In this document: positions 47,996 through 59,613 of the stretch, piece by piece
Position numbering within the stretch: the stretch's first letter is position 1
Layout of the letters: the number at the start of each line of letters is the position of its first letter
Source: Entomortierella parvispora E1425
Taxonomy: Eukaryota; Fungi; Mortierellomycota
Length of the DNA stretch: 64,000 nt
Assembly: GCA_020891255.1 (NCBI GenBank)
Contig: BQFW01000014.1
Location: 1,984,001 to 2,048,000, forward strand
Direction: 5' to 3'
Notes under the pieces: model-generated
The model's database searches: none
Seen by the model: the letters and a program-made list of their open reading frames with translations, nothing else
What the model was told of the DNA's origin: nothing
Position numbers and translations under genes: made by a program

Positions 47996-50900
47996 TGCAA
48001 TAGGAGTGTCGAAGGTGGAGTGGAGACAAGAAGTGAGTTTTATTATATTGCAAGTTTCTAGCTTTTGTAGGTACACATCGCGTGATGTCACCGTATTCCT
48101 GTTACACCTTCCCCTTTTAAAAAATGATACCGTGCTGCTCTTTGAAGGTTGTGACCAAGTCCATGCAGTTGTCCAAGTTGCTTACTGGGAGCCATTCGTC
48201 AGCTTCTCTGCCGTAGCCTTTGAATGACACTAGGAACTGGTGTTGTCTGCGGTAGAAGCGGTACTTTAAAATTTCGTCCACTTCATACTCCTCTTCGCCG
48301 TCAATTACAGTGGGATCCACGGGGGCAGGAGCTCGAATGCCGAGTGACTCCGGGGACGGCAAGTAGGGTCGAAAGGTATCAACGTGGAAGACGTCATGGA
48401 TTTTGTAGAATGGTGGCAGCTCGACGCGGAACGTGACAGGTGAGTGTTGCTCCAAAAGTGTGAACGGGCCAAGGAATTGAGGTCGAAGCTTATCGGCTGG
48501 TCTGATACTGTCGGCAGGGATGGTGATATTGGTGGCACGCAGCAGGACCTTATCGCCAACCTTGTACTTGTGATCCCGTCGTCGCTTGTTTGCCTGTTGC
48601 TCCTGATGATCCTGAGCACGCTGCAGAGCATCCTGGGCCAGGGCAAGGGTGGTCGCCTGCTCAATCAGGAAGGTATCGACAGTGGGGACTGAGCTGCTGG
48701 GTTTACCGAGGAGAGCGGTGGGGAGACGAGGGTGCTGGCCAGAGTTGAGGAAGAACGGCGAGTATCCCGTGGATGCATTGACAGCGTTGTTATAGGCGAA
48801 TTCCAGTGACGGAAGGAGCTGGTCCCAGTTAGACTGTTTGTTGTCAATAAACGCTCTCAACATAATCTTCAGCGTCTTGTTCATAACCTCTGTCTGCCCA
48901 TCCGTCTGTGGGTGGTAGGCGGTTGACAGTGCAAGTTTGACATCCATTAGCCTGTGCAACTCTTGCCAGAATCTACTAGTGAATCGAGTGTCGCGGTCCG
49001 AGATGATGGATGTTGGTGTGCCATGCAGCTTAAAGATGTTGTCAAAAAACTGGTGGGCGACGTCGACGGCTGTGGCAGAGGTAGTACTGGGGACGAAGTG
49101 AGCTTGCTTGGTCAGCTTGTCGACAAACACTGTGATGGCGTCAAAATTTCTAGCTGTGGGCGGAAGAGGGCCGATGAAGTCCATGGTGACTACCTCCCAA
49201 CGTTGCGAAGGAATGGGTAGCGGTTGCAAGAGTCCAGCTGGTCGATCCTGTGAGTCCTTGTTCCTTTGACACTTCTCGCAGGTTGCTACATACTGCTGGG
49301 TATCCTTGGCGATGTGGGGCCAATATACGAAACGGCGCAGGTTGTCGTAAGTCTTTTGAAAACCAAAGTGTCCAGCAGTGGCAGAGTCGTGAGCGTCGTG
49401 CAAGAGAGTGAGGCGGATCGGGGAGTGCCGAGGGATGGCCAGGGTGGTTGCTCCACGTCGGGTAAAGTAGAGGAGGTTGTTCTGAAATGAATATCCATTG
49501 GCAACTTTCCCATCCAGGCAATCCTTGTAGATGGGTCCAAGTCGAGGATCGTCGTTGTAGTCCTGGACAAGCTGGTCACGGACGTCCGGGGACAGGGAGA
49601 CGCTGAGGTTGTATAGCTCAACAGGGTCAGGCTCGCGGTAGTCCGGTCGTCGGGAGAGAGCGTCTGGGACGATGTTGTCAACTCCTCGCTTGTACTTGAA
49701 GTCAAAGTCGTATTCCTGAAGCAACTCCATCCAGCGAGCCTGTCGACGAGTGAGTTTGGGCTGTGTGGGGGAAGTGGCGGAGGGTGGCGTGGTCGGTGTG
49801 GACGCTGAACTTGGTTCCATCGAGGTAGTAGCGCCAAGTGCGGAGCGCATGGATGACAGCCAACAGTTCCTGCTCATGGACAGGGTAGTTCCGCTCAGCT
49901 GACTGCATTTTCCTGGAAGTGAATGCGATGGGATGGGTATTCCCTTCCCGGTCAGTCTGCAGCAGCACTGCACCGATGGCGAAACCGGATGCATCTGTTT
50001 CGACAAAGGTGAGGAGATCGGGGTCGAAGATGCGGAGGACGGGGGCGGAGCAGATGGCGCGTTTGAGCTGAAGGAATGCAGATTGTTGTTCGTCGGTCCA
50101 TTTGAAGGGAGTGTTGTTGGCGAGGAGGGAAGAGAGAGGGAGGGCAATCCCTGCAAAGCCCGATACGTACTGTTGATAAAATTGCGCTCTTGGGGGTGGG
50201 CCAGTCACTGATGGCTTTGCTGAGCCCGGCCGATGTTTTGATCCCGTCCTTCGTGATGGTGTGGCCCAAAAATTCAGTTTCGTCTTGCATGAAGGAGCAC
50301 TTGCTCAATTTCGCGTACAGACCATTCTTGCGGAGGAGAGCCAGGACGCTTCGGAGATGCTGCAGGTGTTCTTTCTTTGTCTTGGAGTAGATCAACAGAT
50401 CGTCGAGATACACGACAACCCATTTGTCCAAGACTGGATCGAGCACTCGCAACATCATATTGGAGAACGAAGCAGGAGCGTTAGTAAGGCCAAAGGGAAC
50501 AACATTGAACTCAAAGTGACCATAGCGACAACGGAAGGCAGTCTTGTGTGTGTGTGGTTCAAAGATACGCTGCTGATGATAACCGGATAACAAGTCCAAC
50601 TTGGAGTAATAGCGTGCTCCACGGAAGCGGTCAAGTAGCTCATCGATACGGGGCAACGGGTGTCTGTTCTTCCTGGTGATCTTGTTGAGGCCACGGTAGT
50701 CGACGCACATTCGGAGTGTGCCGTCCTTCTTCCGCACAAAGAGCACGGGGGCGCCATAGGGAGAGGTACTGGGTTTGATAAAACCTGCTGCTAGCAATTG
50801 GTCCAGTTGTTTGCGAAGTTCGTCAAGCTCGGCGATTGAAAGTCTAATGACAGGGCGGAAGGGTGGGTCGGCTGTCGGGTCGGTCTCGATCTTCATAGCA

Positions 50901-51839
50901 TCACCACGGTCTGGGGGCAGGCCGTCCGGGAGTTTCTCCGGAAAGACATCAGCGAACTCTTCCATGACAATGGACCGCACCTCTGGGGTCATATCGGGGA
51001 TTGTGCGCGGTTGGTCAGTTTCTTCAGAGGGCTCTGGGGTGTTGCGAATAAGGGCCAGGAACACCTCCGAGCCGGGCAGGGTTGCCATGGAATGAAAGTG
51101 CATGTGTGTGAGGAGGAGTCCTTTGGTGCGGCTTTTGGATGTGATCGGCCTTGAAGCCGCGGCAGCTCCATTTGACATCGATTCCATTGTGAGTGAAATG
51201 AAGATCGTTGGTGCGCCAATTGATGCAAGGGTTAACTTTGGTGAGCCAGGGTTTGCCAAGGATGAGGTCGTATTTGTTGAGAGGATAGAGAATAGGGTTG
51301 AGCGAATCGGAGTAGTCGCTGCGGTTGAGGGTGATGGGGACGGTGTGTGATGTGAGGGAGGAAGAGCCATTGGGGAGGAGGATGGGGATGGGCAAGCATT
51401 CAGTGCGGAGGAGCTGGTGTCGCTTTTGAAAAGACGAACTGATAATATTACCTTCTGCACCACCATCAATCAGGATTCTGGCAGCGTGGCCATTGACAGA
51501 ACCGATGAAAGTGAGCAGTTGGCTCTCTGCCTTTTGGACAGTGAATTCGTGTAGGCGAATCGCACGACGCTTCAACTTCTTCAACTGACTTTTGGACAGA
51601 GGTACGCTAGGTGCCGGCGGTACAGCGAGAGGGTCCGGTTCATCTGTATCGGAGGATCTAGGTAGAGGAGCGGACAGGGCAACTGGAGCGGGCGAGGCAA
51701 CAGGGTTTTTGGTTTGGTTTTGGTTTCGGTCCGATAGAACAACCAGAGCATCGTGGATGTGAGTTCGCTTGTCATGATTGGAGTCATGTTTCTGAGGTGT
51801 AGAATCAAGTGAAGTTTTATTTGAGGTACTTAGCTCAGG
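47996..51839 (-). mobile_element. Family A copy A2 (3' LTR plus pol), interrupted by A3
   Basis: LTR 47996-48106 with PPT, 32-bp deletion in pol near 50187. Ends at TCAGG, adjacent to the A3 LTR. Confidence 0.93.
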
Positions 51840-54800
51840 TGTAACAGGAATACGGTGACATCACGCGATGTGTACCTACAAAAGCTAGAAACTTGCAATA
51901 TAATAAAACTCACTTCTTGTCTCCACTCCACCTTCGACACTCCTATTGCATGGTAGCAGAGGTTTTCGATCCACTGACCTCACTGACCCACTGACCCTCC
52001 GACACACTCACACCCTGGACCCCCTCGTATCCCTCTTCGATCAACTCTCCCTCGACAATTCACCCAACATGGACTCCGCGACACCGTCATTCAAATTCCC
52101 TCATCCAACACCGTTCAACGGCAAGCGCGACGGATTCTCTGTTCTCGGTTTTCTGAAACGCATGACCTTTTTCTTCGATGGCGCTGGAATTGCCGAGCCT
52201 CGCAAGGTCGGGGTTACCCTTGCCTTTGCCGGCGATGAGGTTATCGGCTGGTGGGCACTCTTAAACAAGCCATCCGACACCTCATTCCAGGATTTCAGCG
52301 CGCTCCTTGCCGCCGAGTTCAGCCCTGCGAAGTTTAAGGAGCACATTCTCGCCCTCACAATGCAAATGAAAATGACACTACCACTGAACATCTCCAACGT
52401 CATGGCCTATATTACCAAAGCCCGTGAATACCACCTGCTCCTCCAGTCTTACTACGCCGACAACACAGTTCTCAACGATACTATCCGTACTGCCTTTCTC
52501 AGTGGTGCACCTACCCAGCTTCGCCAGATGCTGGAAGTGGCCATTGTTAATGCAGGCAACGACACCATAGATCTGCCCAGACTCTTTAAGGCCGCGGAGG
52601 AGTTCGGTCGTATCTTCCACACTGAAGACCCATCACTCGGTGCCAAAGCACTGGCTGCCTCGGGATCCTCTGCTGGTATCACCGACCCCAACGCAATGGA
52701 AGTGGACAATATTCATATCCAACTCAACAATATCCACAAGCAACTCGGCACCCTTCACCGCTCCTTACAGAACCGCCCCACCAACGGTACTAACAACCCT
52801 TCTCGAGATCGCCCCGCACCCCTGACCGCCGCCGACCGAGAGTACCTTGTACGTAACGGTGGCTGCTTCCGCTGCCGCGAATTGGGTCACATCAGTCCCA
52901 ATTGCCCTAAGTACGGCAACGGCAGCCGAGGAATTAATCAAGTAACCGCGGGTGAATCCCCTGATTCGGGAAAAGCCTCCGGCAACTAGGGTCGGTCCGG
53001 ACCCCAGTTGTCGAAACTGTAGCCAACAACCCTGAGCTAAGTACCTCAAATAAAACTTCACTTGATTCTACACCTCAGAAACATGACTCCAATCATGACA
53101 AGCGAAATCACATCCACGATGCTCTGGTTGTTCTATCGGACCGAAACCAAAACCAAACCAAAAACCCTGTTGCCTCGCCCGCTCCAGTTGCCCTGTCCGC
53201 TCCTCTACCTAGATCCTCCGATACAGATGAACCGGACCCTCTCGCTGTACCGCCGGCACCTAGCGTACCTCTGTCCAAAAGTCAGTTGAAGAAGTTGAAG
53301 CGTCGTGCGATTCGCCTACACGAATTCACTGTCCAAAAGGCAGAGAGCCAACTGCTCACTTTCATCGGTTCTGTCAATGGCCACGCTGCCAGAATCCTGA
53401 TTGATGGTGGTGCAGAAGGTAATATTATCAGTTCGTCTTTTCAAAAGCGACACCAGCTCCTCCGCACTGAATGCTTGCCCATCCCCATCCTCCTCCCCAA
53501 TGGCTCTTCCTCCCTCACATCACACACCGTCCCCATCACCCTCAACCGCAGCGACTACTCCGATTCGCTCAACCCTATTCTCTATCCTCTCAACAAATAC
53601 GACCTCATCCTTGGCAAACCCTGGCTCACCAAAGTTAACCCTTGCATCAATTGGCGCACCAACGATCTTCATTTCACTCACAATGGAATCGATGTCAAAT
53701 GGAGCTGCCGCGGCTTCAAGGCCGATCACATCCAAAGCCGCACCAAAGGACTCCTCCTCACACACATGCACTTTCATTCCATGGCAACCCTGCCCGGCTC
53801 GGAGGTGTTCCTGGCCCTTATTCGCAACACCCCAGAGCCCTCTGAAGAAACTGACCAACCGCGCACAATCCCCGATATGACCCCAGAGGTGCGGTCCATT
53901 GTCATGGAAGAGTTCGCTGATGTCTTTCCGGAGAAACTCCCGGACGGCCTGCCCCCAGACCGTGGTGATGCTATGAAGATCGAGACCGACCCGACAGCCG
54001 ACCCACCCTTCCGCCCTGTCATTAGACTTTCAATCGCCGAGCTTGACGAACTTCGCAAACAACTGGACCAATTGCTAGCAGCAGGTTTTATCAAACCCAG
54101 TACCTGTCACGAACCGTCAGATATCAGCCGCGATCTGTCACGTGCCGTGCTGGGCACCAATTGGTCACTCCATTCCACCCATTGTCGGAACGCGTCTTGC
54201 TTGATAAAGGATCCGAACCTAGGATCTAGGGTCAAACCCATTGGAGTCCTCCAGGGTCTAGACTTCGGATGTTCTATCTATCATTGATATATATCCGTCG
54301 GCTGCACCCATTTGGACCTCCATCTCCTCCTTCATCACATCTACGACCCAACTCATAGGTCGAGCTTATGATTATACTTCCCGGCGCCCTCCCTGACACA
54401 ACGCAGACAAGGTCCAGGCCCGCACCTCTCTCTAGTATAAAAACCCCCTTGATTCATAGCTGTATTCCCCAGTCTGCAATTCACAATTCCCAATAAACCA
54501 TACCTTCCCTCTTTCTCTTGTTCCTGCCTTGTCCGACCGTGACATTGCAGACTCTACACATCCTGTTTCCTTGTCCCTCCTCTTCCAGACACATCCCTCC
54601 TTCTTGCTGCTCCCATTTGCAGCAACCCCTTTTAGTAATAGTCCACCTGTCCCAGGGTTACTGTCCGCAATCCACCGTCCGGGGTCATTCGCGTTGATGA
54701 AGTAAACTGGTCGACTTCTTGTTCCTCCACCGTTTTTTTTTCTTGCCCATTTCCTGCTCCTCTTGGCCCGCAAATTTTACATTGCTCGCGCACAGGAAAT

Positions 54801-54880
54801 CTTTAAAAAAGCTTATTTCTCCACATTTCTGACACCACCGAAATCTGTTTTCTCCCTGTTCCTTTTTCACTCCCGTCACC

Positions 54881-56002
54881 ATGGACCACAACCAACACGA
54901 CCAACAGGGTATCTACACCCTGCACAACATCGCTGAACAAGCCGAGAACCCTGAGATCGATGCTCGTGTCGTTATCCAGCACTTGCAATCCACTATGGCC
55001 ACCGTAGATTTGCTGCAGCAGCAAATGGCTGCTGTGACCGAGGCCACCAAGAACTCTTCCTCGCCCTCCTCCATTACCGATGCTCTCCACATCCTCTCTG
55101 AAGGCCGGTCTCAGCAGGAAGAAACTCATCGCCAATTTCAAGAGATTCTGACCACCCTGGCCAACCGCGCCTCCCATGTCCCTGTTCCGAGTGCCCTCAC
55201 TACTAAGTTCAAGGGTGACCCCAATGGCATGTCGCTGTTCCAGTTTATGTCTCAACTCAGTACTGTTTTCAAAAGACATCCTCGTTCGTTCGTTACCGAC
55301 GTTGACAAGATCAATCTGGCCCTACAGTCTATGGATGGTACTCCCGCAGAATTCTTCGCCCCGTATGTGATTGGTCACGCCGAAGACACCCAAGGCTTCT
55401 TGACCAGCTGGTTATCCTTTACCGAAATACTTAACGATCTGTATGGCAATCATCTTCATGTCGACGATGTCAACAACCGACTCATCCGTCTCCGCCAAAA
55501 CGGCACCGTCTCCGAGTACATCGCCAAGTTCCAACCTCTTGCCTCTCAGTCAGGTTGGAACGAAGCTGCTCTTCTAGCCCGTTTCAAGGATGGTCTGTCC
55601 TCCGACGTCAAGTCTCTGTTGACGGCCCAGATGCACAACCTCAAGACCCTTCGTGAAGCTCAGGCAGCCGCCTCCACTGCCTACCAGAACCATGTCTCGC
55701 GCACCCGCGACCAACGCTTTGGCCATCGCAACCAAAACTCCAACAACAATTGGGGCCGCAGGCCCACTGCCATGGCCACCACCTCTGCCGCCGCTTCCTC
55801 CGGTGACATGGACCTTGATTCTGTCCGTGTTAAACACATCACCGCCGAGGAAAAACAACGTCGCCGTGATAACAAGCTCTGCCTCTACTGCGGAGGAAAG
55901 AACCACTTTGCTGGCGACTGTCCTGCCAAGAAGGCCCGTCTCGCTGCGGTCTCCTTTGAATCTGGCCTTAACGGTTCAGATTCGGAAAACGAGTCGGCCT
56001 AG
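54881..56002 (+). CDS. gag: Family C Gag
   Basis: 373 aa, retrotransposon gag motifs LRQNGTVSEY...SGWNE and CLYCGGKNHFAGDC. Confidence 0.92.
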   Translation: MDHNQHDQQGIYTLHNIAEQAENPEIDARVVIQHLQSTMATVDLLQQQMAAVTEATKNSSSPSSITDALHILSEGRSQQEETHRQFQEILTTLANRASHVPVPSALTTKFKGDPNGMSLFQFMSQLSTVFKRHPRSFVTDVDKINLALQSMDGTPAEFFAPYVIGHAEDTQGFLTSWLSFTEILNDLYGNHLHVDDVNNRLIRLRQNGTVSEYIAKFQPLASQSGWNEAALLARFKDGLSSDVKSLLTAQMHNLKTLREAQAAASTAYQNHVSRTRDQRFGHRNQNSNNNWGRRPTAMATTSAAASSGDMDLDSVRVKHITAEEKQRRRDNKLCLYCGGKNHFAGDCPAKKARLAAVSFESGLNGSDSENESA

Positions 56003-59000
56003 ATCCCACCGAGGATTGGATCCTAGGCCAAGTCCTTGCTGCACCTACCCCTCCGGGCCAGCCCCCGCCTCCTCGTTATTGTCTTCTCATCCCTATCACT
56101 GTCCACCTCCCAGACCGACCTCCTATCAAAACCAACGCTCTCCTCGATTCGGGCGCACAAAAATCTTTTATTGACGCTGCCTTCGTCAAGAAATTATCCC
56201 TCCCTACCTCGGACCTTGGCCGCCCAGTTCGTCTACAAATGGCTGATGGATCCCCAAGCACCTCGGGTCCCGTCACCAAGACCTGTCCATTGAGCTTTAC
56301 CATCTCAGACACCCATCATGAGACGCTCAATTGTCATGTCACCTCTCTCCAATCTCATGCTGTCATCCTTGGAATTGATTGGTTGCATACCCACAACCCT
56401 CATATCCACTGGAAAAAGCACCTTGTTTCCTTTCGTGACGAGCACTGCAATAAACGTTGCCTTTCTCACTACTCTCCTGATCTGTCTCTCACCAATCTTG
56501 ATCTTGACCTTGACTCTATTAATGTAGAGTCTTCTGACCTCTCTGTTGACGATTTGTATTCATTACAACTCGTTTCTTTGTTTTGCCGCAATCTTGAGGT
56601 GATCCGCGAGCATTCTGATCCTTCCTTGTCCCTGAATTCTGTTGAAGAAAAATCTGTCCCTGTATTGCCCCCGGAGTATGCTGACTTTGCTCCTCTTTTT
56701 AAAGATCGCGCGACTGGCACCCTGCCGCCTCATCGCCCTTTTGATCACACGATCCCTCTCGAACCGGATGCTACTGCCCCCTTTGGTCCCTTGTATAACC
56801 TCTCTGAAAAGGAGCTGGAAGCTCTTCGAGAGTTCCTTGACGATAACTTGAAAAAAGGTTTCATCCGCCACTCTGAATCCCCTGCCGGCGCTCCTGTCCT
56901 CTTTGTACCCAAGAAAAATAACGAGTTGCGTATGTGTGTGGACTATCGCGCACTCAACAAGTTAACTATCAAGAACCGATGCCCCTTGCCGCTCATCTCA
57001 GAGACCTTGGAGCGTCTCCGAAAGGCAAAGATCTTTACCAAGCTCGATCTGAAGGGTGCATATAATTTAATCCGCATTGCCAAAGGACACGAATGGAAAA
57101 CGGCGTTTAGGACGCGTTATGGCCATTTTGAGTTCCTGGTCATGCCCTTTGGTCTTTGTAACGCCCCCGCTACGTTCCAAGCCTTTCTCAACGATGTCTT
57201 ACGTGAATGTTTGGACACAGTCGTGGTCATTTACCTGGACGACATCCTGATTTACTCTCAAGATAAGGCAACTCACACTGCCGATGTACGCCGTGTCTTG
57301 CAACTCCTGTCTGATGCTCAGCTTCAAGTCAACCTTGAAAAGTGCGAGTTTGGTGTTGAAAAAGTGGAGTTCCTTGGCTACGTTATCTCGCCTGAAGGGG
57401 TCTCCATGGATCCTGCCAAGGTCGCTGTCATCACCTCTTGGGCTGTTCCCACCTGTGTTCGAGATATCCAGGTCTTCCTTGGTTTTGCCAATTTCTATCG
57501 TCGCTTCATCAAGAATTTCTCAAAGTTAGTGGGACCAATGACACGCTACCTTAAGAAAGACGTCCCCTTCAAGTGGGACTCTGCCGCTCAAGCCGCGTTT
57601 GGGGCCCTCAAACTCGCGTTTTGTTCTGAACCAATGCTGGTTCACTTTGATCCCTCTCGTCCTTGTGTTTTGGAACCAGATGCCTCCAAGTTTGCTCTCG
57701 GCAATGTGTGTAGCCAGCCTGATGATAAGGGTGTGCTTCATCCGGTTGCTTTCCTCTCTCGGTCTCTGACGCCGCCGGAGAGGAATTATCATATCCATGA
57801 CACCGAGTTATTGGCTGTAATCGAGGGTCTGGAGCACTGGCGCCATTATTTTGCCTACTCTGAACACCCTGCTCTTGTCCTTACAGACCACAAGAACCTC
57901 GAGTACTTCTCTGAGAAGCGGGCTCTAAGTGAGCGCCAGATCCGCTATGCCGAACGCCTGTCCAAGTTTAAGGTTGTACTTGCTTATCGCCCTGGTGTCC
58001 ATAATGGCGCTGCCGACGCTCTCTCCCGTATGCATACTCCTGAAGGGGAGGAGGGTCCAGTGTGCGACGCCATCTTGCCGATGCCGATCTCGCTCCGTTC
58101 ACTCACAGTCGCAGAAATCGACGAAGTACTTCGAGTCGAGAACGCTGAAGACCTTATCGATCGTATTAGACAAGGCTACCAAGAGGCCATCAAGGAGGTC
58201 TTGGATCAAATGCGAGAGAATTCCGATCTCAACCCTGACTACCGCCTCGATGACGAAGTGTTATTTTTTAACGGCCGAATTATGGTTCCTGACGACAAGA
58301 CCCTCCAGCGAGATATCCTCTCAAGCTGCCACGATGATCCTGCCGCCGGTCATGGTGGAATCACAAAGACTTTCGAGCTTGTGAGTCGCACCTACTACTG
58401 GCCCCGTATGAGAGACTTCGTCAAGTCTTTTGTGTTGACCTGTGATACCTGCCAACGAAACAAAACTTCTCATCACAAGCCTTTCGGACTACTGCAATCG
58501 CTACCGATCCCTGAAAGCCCCTGGTCCTCAATATCAATGGATTTTATTGTCCAGCTACCTGACTCCAAAGGTTACACCGCTATTCTGGTCGTCGTCGATC
58601 GTCTCACGAAAATGGCACACTTCATCCCAACCACAGATGATGTCACCGCAAGCGACACTTTAGATCTGTTCCTATCTCGAGTCTTTGCCTACCACGGACT
58701 ACCCGATGATATCGTATCCGACCGAGGCTCTGTCTTCACCTCTTCCTTCATGCAGTCAGCAATGGAAGCGCTAGGAATCACTCAAAATCTATCAACAGCC
58801 TATCATCCACAGACAGACGGACAGACGGAGCGCACCAATGCCACTCTGGAGCAATATCTTCGTTGCTTCACAAGTTATCAACAGGACGACTGGAGTAGCC
58901 ACTTACCGATGGCCGAACTCTGTTACAACAATTCAGTGCAAGCAACCACAAAGCAAACTCCCTTCTTTGCTCATCAAGGCTACCACCCTCGTTTCAGCGT

Positions 59001-59613
59001 CAACGTCCCTCGGGTCGCGGCTAGCAGCCCCTTCGCAAAGGACCGCCTCCAAGAGCTGAAACGCATCCAAGAAGACTTGCAATTCTATATCAAGACAGCG
59101 CAAGAAAACCAAGAACGCAACTACAACAAACGATTCCAGCCACAACCAGACTTTGCCGTTGGAGATCTCGTCATGTTAAAGCGCACAAACATCAAGACCA
59201 CCCGACCCTCCAGTAAATTGGATGTCAAGAATTTGGGTCCATTCAAGATTACCGAGCTAGTCAACACTAGATCGGTTCGCCTTCAGCTTCCGCCCACTAT
59301 GTCTCGTCTTCATCCAGTTTTTCACGTCTCTCTCCTGGAGCCTTATCGTGCCAACACAATACCTGGTCGCACAGCCCCACCACCTCCCGCTATCGAGATC
59401 GATGGTAATGACGAATTCGAAGTTGAGGAGATTTGGGACTCTAAATTTCGAGGAAAACAACTTTGGTATTTGGTCAAATTCAAAGGTTACCCAGATCCGG
59501 AATGGCAACCTGCAGTCAACACAGAGAACTCGCCAGAACTTGTTGCCGGCTTCCACTCTCGCTTCCCACTCAAGCCAAGTCCATCCCCAGTCGCTCGCGG
59601 AGCTCGCTCCTAG
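55984..59613 (+). CDS. pol: Family C Pol (-1 frameshift): PR-RT-RH-IN-chromodomain, uninterrupted
   Basis: LLDSGA, YLDDIL, EPDASKF, HGLPDDIVSDRG, LGPF, FEVEEIWDSK...YLVKFKGY...EWQP. Confidence 0.93.
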   Translation, partial: GKRVGLDPTEDWILGQVLAAPTPPGQPPPPRYCLLIPITVHLPDRPPIKTNALLDSGAQKSFIDAAFVKKLSLPTSDLGRPVRLQMADGSPSTSGPVTKTCPLSFTISDTHHETLNCHVTSLQSHAVILGIDWLHTHNPHIHWKKHLVSFRDEHCNKRCLSHYSPDLSLTNLDLDLDSINVESSDLSVDDLYSLQLVSLFCRNLEVIREHSDPSLSLNSVEEKSVPVLPPEYADFAPLFKDRATGTLPPHRPFDHTIPLEPDATAPFGPLYNLSEKELEALREFLDDNLKKGFIRHSESPAGAPVLFVPKKNNELRMCVDYRALNKLTIKNRCPLPLISETLERLRKAKIFTKLDLKGAYNLIRIAKGHEWKTAFRTRYGHFEFLVMPFGLCNAPATFQAFLNDVLRECLDTVVVIYLDDILIYSQDKATHTADVRRVLQLLSDAQLQVNLEKCEFGVEKVEFLGYVISPEGVSMDPAKVAVITSWAVPTCVRDIQVFLGFANFYRRFIKNFSKLVGPMTRYLKKDVPFKWDSAAQAAFGALKLAFCSEPMLVHFDPSRPCVLEPDASKFALGNVCSQPDDKGVLHPVAFLSRSLTPPERNYHIHDTELLAVIEGLEHWRHYFAYSEHPALVLTDHKNLEYFSEKRALSERQIRYAERLSKFKVVLAYRPGVHNGAADALSRMHTPEGEEGPVCDAILPMPISLRSLTVAEIDEVLRVENAEDLIDRIRQGYQEAIKEVLDQMRENSDLNPDYRLDDEVLFFNGRIMVPDDKTLQRDILSSCHDDPAAGHGGITKTFELVSRTYYWPRMRDFVKSFVLTCDTCQRNKTSHHKPFGLLQSLPIPESPWSSISMDFIVQLPDSKGYTAILVVVDRLTKMAHFIPTTDDVTASDTLDLFLSRVFAYHGLPDDIVSDRGSVFTSSFMQSAMEALGITQNLSTAYHPQTDGQTERTNATLEQYLRCFTSYQQDDWSSHLPMAELCYNNSVQATTKQTPFFAHQGYHPRFSVNVPRVAASSPFAKDRLQELKRIQEDLQFYIKTAQENQERNYNKRFQPQPDFAVGDLVMLKRTNIKTTRPSSKLDVKNLGPFKITELVNTRSVRLQLPPTMSRLHPVFHVSLLEPYRANTIPGRTAPPPPAIEIDGNDEFEVEEIWDSKFRGKQLWYLVKFKGYPDPEWQPAVNTENSPELVAGFHSRFPLKPSPSPVARGARS

